Under the pieces are notes generated by a model. The model was not told the origin of the DNA. It saw only the letters and a list, made by a program, of their open reading frames with translations, and ran no database searches. A DNA stretch of 64,000 nucleotides from Candidatus Shapirobacteria bacterium (GTDB lineage: Bacteria > Patescibacteriota > Microgenomatia > UBA12405), in contig JAQWEN010000001.1 in assembly GCA_028704885.1 (NCBI GenBank), positions 2,838 through 66,837 of the forward strand, read 5' to 3'. Made by a program: the position numbers and the translations under genes. Below, piece by piece: positions 60,027 to 64,000 of the stretch (positions within the stretch are counted from its first letter, which is position 1; every line of letters starts with the position of its first letter).

Positions 60027-61108
60027 CGGGTAATAGTAAAGGATTCGACTTCTTCTTTTAGCTTTTTAGCTTCGGGATTGTTATTGAAATAATCTCTGAC
60101 TGGAGAAATTAGTTCGTCTAGATATCTAGATAAATTATCTTTTAAGTCTAAAGGATAAATCTCCCCTTTTTGATAAGCTGATTCTAATTTGTCATAAGAA
60201 TCGAAAGTTAAATTACCACCGAATTTGGCTTCTCGATTAATTTTGACTTGAGGATATTTAGCAAAAACAATGTATTTAAAATATTCTAAAACTGGATTAA
60301 TTAAAATATCGTTTGGCGGACAATAAGCTTTTTTGATTTTGTCGTAAATTTCTTCTTTAGTATCTGTCATAAAAATGGCAGAGGTAGGATTTGATTTAGA
60401 CATTTTAAGAGCAATAGTTCGGTCTTCTTTTGAATCAGTAGAATTGAGTTTATCAATTGGCGGTTGAAGACTGATTAACATGTGATGATGAACAGCAGCG
60501 GGCTTTTTAAGACCTAATTCATCGGCAATCTGGCGAGCCAGCATATTAACCTTACGTTGATCCATTCCAAGCTGAGCAATATCGACATTTAAACTAAAAA
60601 TGTCGGCTGTCTGCATACAAGGATAAATAATTTGAGCAGCAGATAAAGTTTCTGATTCGTTTCGGCCCATGATTTGGGAACAACGAATCATACGATTGAT
60701 AGTACTAGCTTTGGCAATTTTTAAAACTAAAAGCCAATAATTGGAATCTTTGACTAAATCAGATGATCTAATAATTTCAACTTGGGAGACATCAAGACCA
60801 CAAGCCTTCCAAACTTCAATAAAATATTGACCGGTTTTTTCAATTTTGGCCATGTCTCCACCAAGTTTATTGTTGGCATAGGCGTGCCAATCAGCAACTA
60901 AAAGTTTAAATTTAATACCAGCTTGAAGAAGTTTTTGAATATTGATGGCACGGAGTAAACCTTGAGCAATATGAATTTTTCCAGATGGTTCAAAACCGTC
61001 ATAGGCGATTAATTCTTGGCCGGCTTTTAATTTGGCCTCAATTTCCTCGAGACCAATTACTTCTTCACCAACTTCTTGAATTAATTTTAATTTTTCTTGG
61101 ATATCCAT
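60023..61108 (-). CDS. tyrS: tyrosine--tRNA ligase, archaeal/eukaryal type
   Basis: HIGH-class motif GFEPSGKIHIAQG and KMSKS; sequence tracks archaeal TyrRS (KIKKAYCP, FGGNLTFDSYDKLE); start at internal ATG MDIQEKL. Confidence 0.85.
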   Translation of the reverse strand: MDIQEKLKLIQEVGEEVIGLEEIEAKLKAGQELIAYDGFEPSGKIHIAQGLLRAINIQKLLQAGIKFKLLVADWHAYANNKLGGDMAKIEKTGQYFIEVWKACGLDVSQVEIIRSSDLVKDSNYWLLVLKIAKASTINRMIRCSQIMGRNESETLSAAQIIYPCMQTADIFSLNVDIAQLGMDQRKVNMLARQIADELGLKKPAAVHHHMLISLQPPIDKLNSTDSKEDRTIALKMSKSNPTSAIFMTDTKEEIYDKIKKAYCPPNDILINPVLEYFKYIVFAKYPQVKINREAKFGGNLTFDSYDKLESAYQKGEIYPLDLKDNLSRYLDELISPVRDYFNNNPEAKKLKEEVESFTITR

Positions 61109-61140
61109 GAGAGTATTATAACGTAAAATCCTCTCTTTAA

Positions 61141-61207
61141 AACCCACCCGCCCTGCGGGCACCCTCTACCCTCTCCGGGGTATCTATGGACCTTGAAAAG
61201 GGAGGGC
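61141..61207. repeat. GC-rich hairpin repeat element, long copy
   Basis: ACCCACCC-GCCCTGCGGGC-ACCCTCTACCCTCTCC...CCTTGAAAAGGGAGGGCT in an otherwise AT-rich intergenic region; contains GCCC-TGC-GGGC and CCCTCC..GGGAGGG stems. Confidence 0.6.
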
Positions 61208-61232
61208 TAATTATTGGTTTATAATAGTTAAA

Positions 61233-61778
61233 ATGAAATTACTTATACATGCCTGCTGTGCCGATTGTTTATTAAAAATGGTGGAATCAATAAAGACGGA
61301 AAATAAATTTGAAGAAATTGAAGTTTATTATTACAATCCGAATATCCATCCCCGATCAGAATATCAATCAAGATTAAAAGCAATGCAATTGATGATTGGT
61401 GATTTAAAAATGATAATTCCAGATTGGAAGCCAAGTGAATGGTTTAATTGTTTGAAACCCACCCTACCCTCCCTTGAAAAGGGAGGGCTTAAAAAGGCTG
61501 ACCGCTGTCCAAAATGTTGGGAATTGAGATTAGAAGAGACGGCAGAATATGCCAAAAAAAATGGATTTGACTGTTTTACTTCGACCCTTTTAACCAGCGA
61601 ATATCAGAATTCAGAAATGATTGAAAAAATAGGAAAAGAAATTGGAAAGAAGTATAAAATTAATTTTTTTATTCCCGAAAATATCTGTAAAAAATTAGAA
61701 ACTAAAGGGTTTTATAAACAGGTGTTTTGCGGATGCTGCTATTCGCTTACTGAAAGATTTGAAGAAAAGTTTGGCTAA
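61233..61778 (+). CDS. queH: epoxyqueuosine reductase QueH (DUF208)
   Basis: N-terminal LLIHACCADC and the later RCPKCWELRLEET Cys motifs typical of QueH; carries an in-frame copy of the GC-rich hairpin element. Confidence 0.7.
   Translation: MKLLIHACCADCLLKMVESIKTENKFEEIEVYYYNPNIHPRSEYQSRLKAMQLMIGDLKMIIPDWKPSEWFNCLKPTLPSLEKGGLKKADRCPKCWELRLEETAEYAKKNGFDCFTSTLLTSEYQNSEMIEKIGKEIGKKYKINFFIPENICKKLETKGFYKQVFCGCCYSLTERFEEKFG
61456..61489. repeat. GC-rich hairpin repeat element, short copy inside queH
   Basis: AACCCACCCTACCCTCCCTTGAAAAGGGAGGGCT; perfect 7-bp stem CCCTCCC/GGGAGGG with loop TTGAAAA; encodes KPTLPSLEKGGL in frame. Confidence 0.6.
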
Positions 61779-61803
61779 TTTTTTTATTAAGTTATAATAA
61801 ATC

Positions 61804-62295
61804 ATGGAAATAATAGGAGCCCAACCAGAATCTAAAATTAGCCCAATAATTAAAAATGAACTGGGAATAAAAAATTTTGAAAATATTAATAAGCTAGGTG
61901 ATGCTTTTAAAACTGAATCTGAAAAGAGACAAATTGAACTTCATTTATTATTGGTCGGAGGGATGGTTAAGCCAGAAAAAAGAGGTAAGAAACATAAAGA
62001 TGTTGATTTAGTTTTGTATTCACCCCAACTAGCCAGTGAAAATTTTCCAAAAGGTGATTGTCCAAAATTTAAAACATTTGCTTCTTTTGTTGGCGATGTC
62101 GCCAAAGAATTGGGTTGGGAAATTAAAATTGAAGAACCTTGGTTTATTGACTACGAATATAGTGGCGATGGAAAAGTGATTCTGTATCCCGATGGTGAAC
62201 CAGTTGAAGTTCTACCTGTTCGTCAGGATAAACTTTTAAATTCATTTGAAGACTATCAAAAAGCCGAGAGAGATCCTTATATAACTGTTTTTTAA
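61804..62295 (+). CDS. hypothetical protein
   Basis: 163 aa, no motif. Confidence 0.35.
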   Translation: MEIIGAQPESKISPIIKNELGIKNFENINKLGDAFKTESEKRQIELHLLLVGGMVKPEKRGKKHKDVDLVLYSPQLASENFPKGDCPKFKTFASFVGDVAKELGWEIKIEEPWFIDYEYSGDGKVILYPDGEPVEVLPVRQDKLLNSFEDYQKAERDPYITVF

Positions 62296-62351
62296 TTCTG
62301 TCTGAAATATTTTAAGAACTATGATGTTCCAGTTCTTTCGAACATAAGGTA

Positions 62352-63833
62352 TTATATTGCTTTCAAACCATAATAATTAAGTCTTTCAATTTTTTCTTTA
62401 GAAAAATTTTTATAGACATCGGTTCTAATAAAAAATTCACTACTTTCACTGCCTCTGTAACTGAAATCAGTATATTTTCTTAAGGTTTCAGCTAAATTTA
62501 ACCCTTCATCGCCTTTAATAATTAAATATTCCGGATTTAGTTGAAAATTATTTAACTGTTCTTTTTTCAAAAAATCCACACCAGTCATCCATTTGTAGAA
62601 AAAAATAAACCTCCCCTTTGGGCTGATTTCTGCCTGCCAATATCCTAAGACTTCATCCGGTATCGCCAATAAACTATCACTTTCATTTTTGGTGGTGCGA
62701 ATAGCTTCACTCATATTAAATATTCGGGAATAATAAATTTCAAAATCTTGTTTATAATCGGGCTTATTTAAAATTGATTCTCTATTAAGAAATAATAAAT
62801 AGATAATCGGCAATAACCCCAAAATCCACCATTTATTTTTTAAAAAATAAAAAGGAATAGTGATAATTAAAGCAACCCAGATTAATAAATGAAATCCATC
62901 ATAATAAATTTTTTGAAGTTCAAAATTTCTTAAATTAACCAAACTTAATATTAATAAAATCCAAAGTATTTTTTGCCATTTTTTTTCTTTGATTAAAAAT
63001 AATAATAAAATAAATAAAATTAAAATAAAAAATTTGACTAATAATATTTCAGGTAAATTTAATCCATCTTTTAAATAAAAAAATGGAGTAATTAAAGATT
63101 TTATGGTTGATATTATTAAATTGCCACCACCAGCAATCGAAATATAATACTTTTGATTAATTAATATGGCATTTTCAAAATAACCACTGATGTTAATGAA
63201 ACAAAGTGTAATTGCGGAAACTAGAGCTCCACCACCAATCATTAAGCCAATATTTTTCGCTTTTTTTCTATATCTCCAACAAAAAGTTAAAATCATTAAA
63301 GCCAACACCGGCCACATTGGAGCCAAAGTTATGCCAACAATGCCAGCGATTAATCCCCAAAAAAAAGGTTCATTTTTGGCTAATTTATTTTCTAAAAAAC
63401 TTAAAACTAAATATATCATTGGAGCTATTACTAATGATTCAGCCAGAAAAAGACTGCCTAAATATTTGTTTTTGATTAATTCTAAAATCATCATGGCTCC
63501 GATCATTTGAAAACCAAAGCGCCAGGTAATAAAAATAATCCAAACAATTGACCATAAAATAATAAATTGTCGATGGCGTTTAATAAGAATTTCGATTGAA
63601 TTTGGTTTAGTTATTTTTTGAATTGCTGCACTTAAAATATAGGTTCCTGGTTGGTGGTGAGAAAAAATATTAGTATAGATTTTATTACCATTAATCAGGT
63701 TTTTAGCGACGACAAAATTATCCTGTTCATCGACAAAATTTGGTTTTAATAAATTTTGTTGCTGAACTAAAAATATAGTAAAAAAACAAAGAATTAAAAT
63801 AATAATTTTCCACCATTGATATTTTTTAATCAT
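62352..63833 (-). CDS. large polytopic membrane protein, GT-C-like glycosyltransferase candidate
   Basis: ~12 TMs with a C-terminal soluble domain; architecture like ArnT / DUF2142-type transferases. Confidence 0.4.
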   Translation of the reverse strand: MIKKYQWWKIIILILCFFTIFLVQQQNLLKPNFVDEQDNFVVAKNLINGNKIYTNIFSHHQPGTYILSAAIQKITKPNSIEILIKRHRQFIILWSIVWIIFITWRFGFQMIGAMMILELIKNKYLGSLFLAESLVIAPMIYLVLSFLENKLAKNEPFFWGLIAGIVGITLAPMWPVLALMILTFCWRYRKKAKNIGLMIGGGALVSAITLCFINISGYFENAILINQKYYISIAGGGNLIISTIKSLITPFFYLKDGLNLPEILLVKFFILILFILLLFLIKEKKWQKILWILLILSLVNLRNFELQKIYYDGFHLLIWVALIITIPFYFLKNKWWILGLLPIIYLLFLNRESILNKPDYKQDFEIYYSRIFNMSEAIRTTKNESDSLLAIPDEVLGYWQAEISPKGRFIFFYKWMTGVDFLKKEQLNNFQLNPEYLIIKGDEGLNLAETLRKYTDFSYRGSESSEFFIRTDVYKNFSKEKIERLNYYGLKAI

Positions 63834-64000
63834 CTTACAATTAATGGATTTAATTTAAATATATAAATTACAAAAAATATCGATAATATTGTCAAAAAAT
63901 ATCTAAGCTTTTTGGATAATATTTTATTAAATAGAAATACTAATCCAATTTCAATAATTGGATAGATTATTATCCAAGACCACCAATTATTCCAAATCCA

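Noticed and set aside
62314-62337. Inverted repeat AAGAACT-N10-AGTTCTT between convergent genes as a terminator
   Set aside because: It is not followed by a T-run on either strand, so it was left as an unassigned hairpin.

Overview
This is an AT-rich, gene-dense bacterial chromosomal segment of roughly 85 genes. Its content is consistent with a small-genome Patescibacteria/CPR-like organism, though lineage cannot be proven from sequence alone. Supporting traits are an archaeal-type TyrRS, a split transketolase, many GT-C/GT2 membrane glycosyltransferases, tandem class A PBPs and secreted nuclease and CAP-domain proteins. All calls rest on reading the supplied six-frame translations for conserved motifs; no database search was run.

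Recognisable content:
- Central carbon metabolism: rpiB-pgk-gap-rpe, eno-gpm and fba with split tktA/tktB.
- Chaperones: groES-groEL, with a degenerate CIRCE-like inverted repeat upstream.
- Other housekeeping: ispH, archaeal-type tyrS and queH.
- Six tRNAs: Tyr, Cys, Ser(GCU), Ser(CGA), Ser(GGA) and a probable Arg(GCG).
- Envelope glycan genes: MraY/WecA-like, GT2, GT39-like, an MBOAT plus AlgX/J-like O-acylation pair, FemAB-like, and two tandem PBP1A paralogs.
- A two-component system next to a MacAB-like efflux module and a heterodimeric ABC exporter.
- An ECF-type sigma factor and an XRE regulator.

No rRNA, CRISPR array, transposase or integrase was found.

Most interesting observations:
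1. The TyrRS is archaeal-type, and the window also carries a type-I tRNA-Tyr with C1:G72 and A73. This is the archaeal/eukaryal identity set rather than the bacterial one.
2. A small GC-rich hairpin repeat family occurs in the tyrS/queH intergenic region, again in-frame inside queH, and as a degenerate relative in the groES-groEL spacer.
3. A ~38-nt imperfect direct repeat (core GGTTCGCCGCC) sits immediately after two stop codons and brackets a 2.4-kb block of hypothetical genes (direct-repeat-bounded block at 55600..57999). The block includes a HExxH putative metallopeptidase and an iterated CAC-N5/6-GTG operator-like array.
4. Several coherent but uncharacterised envelope-modification clusters.
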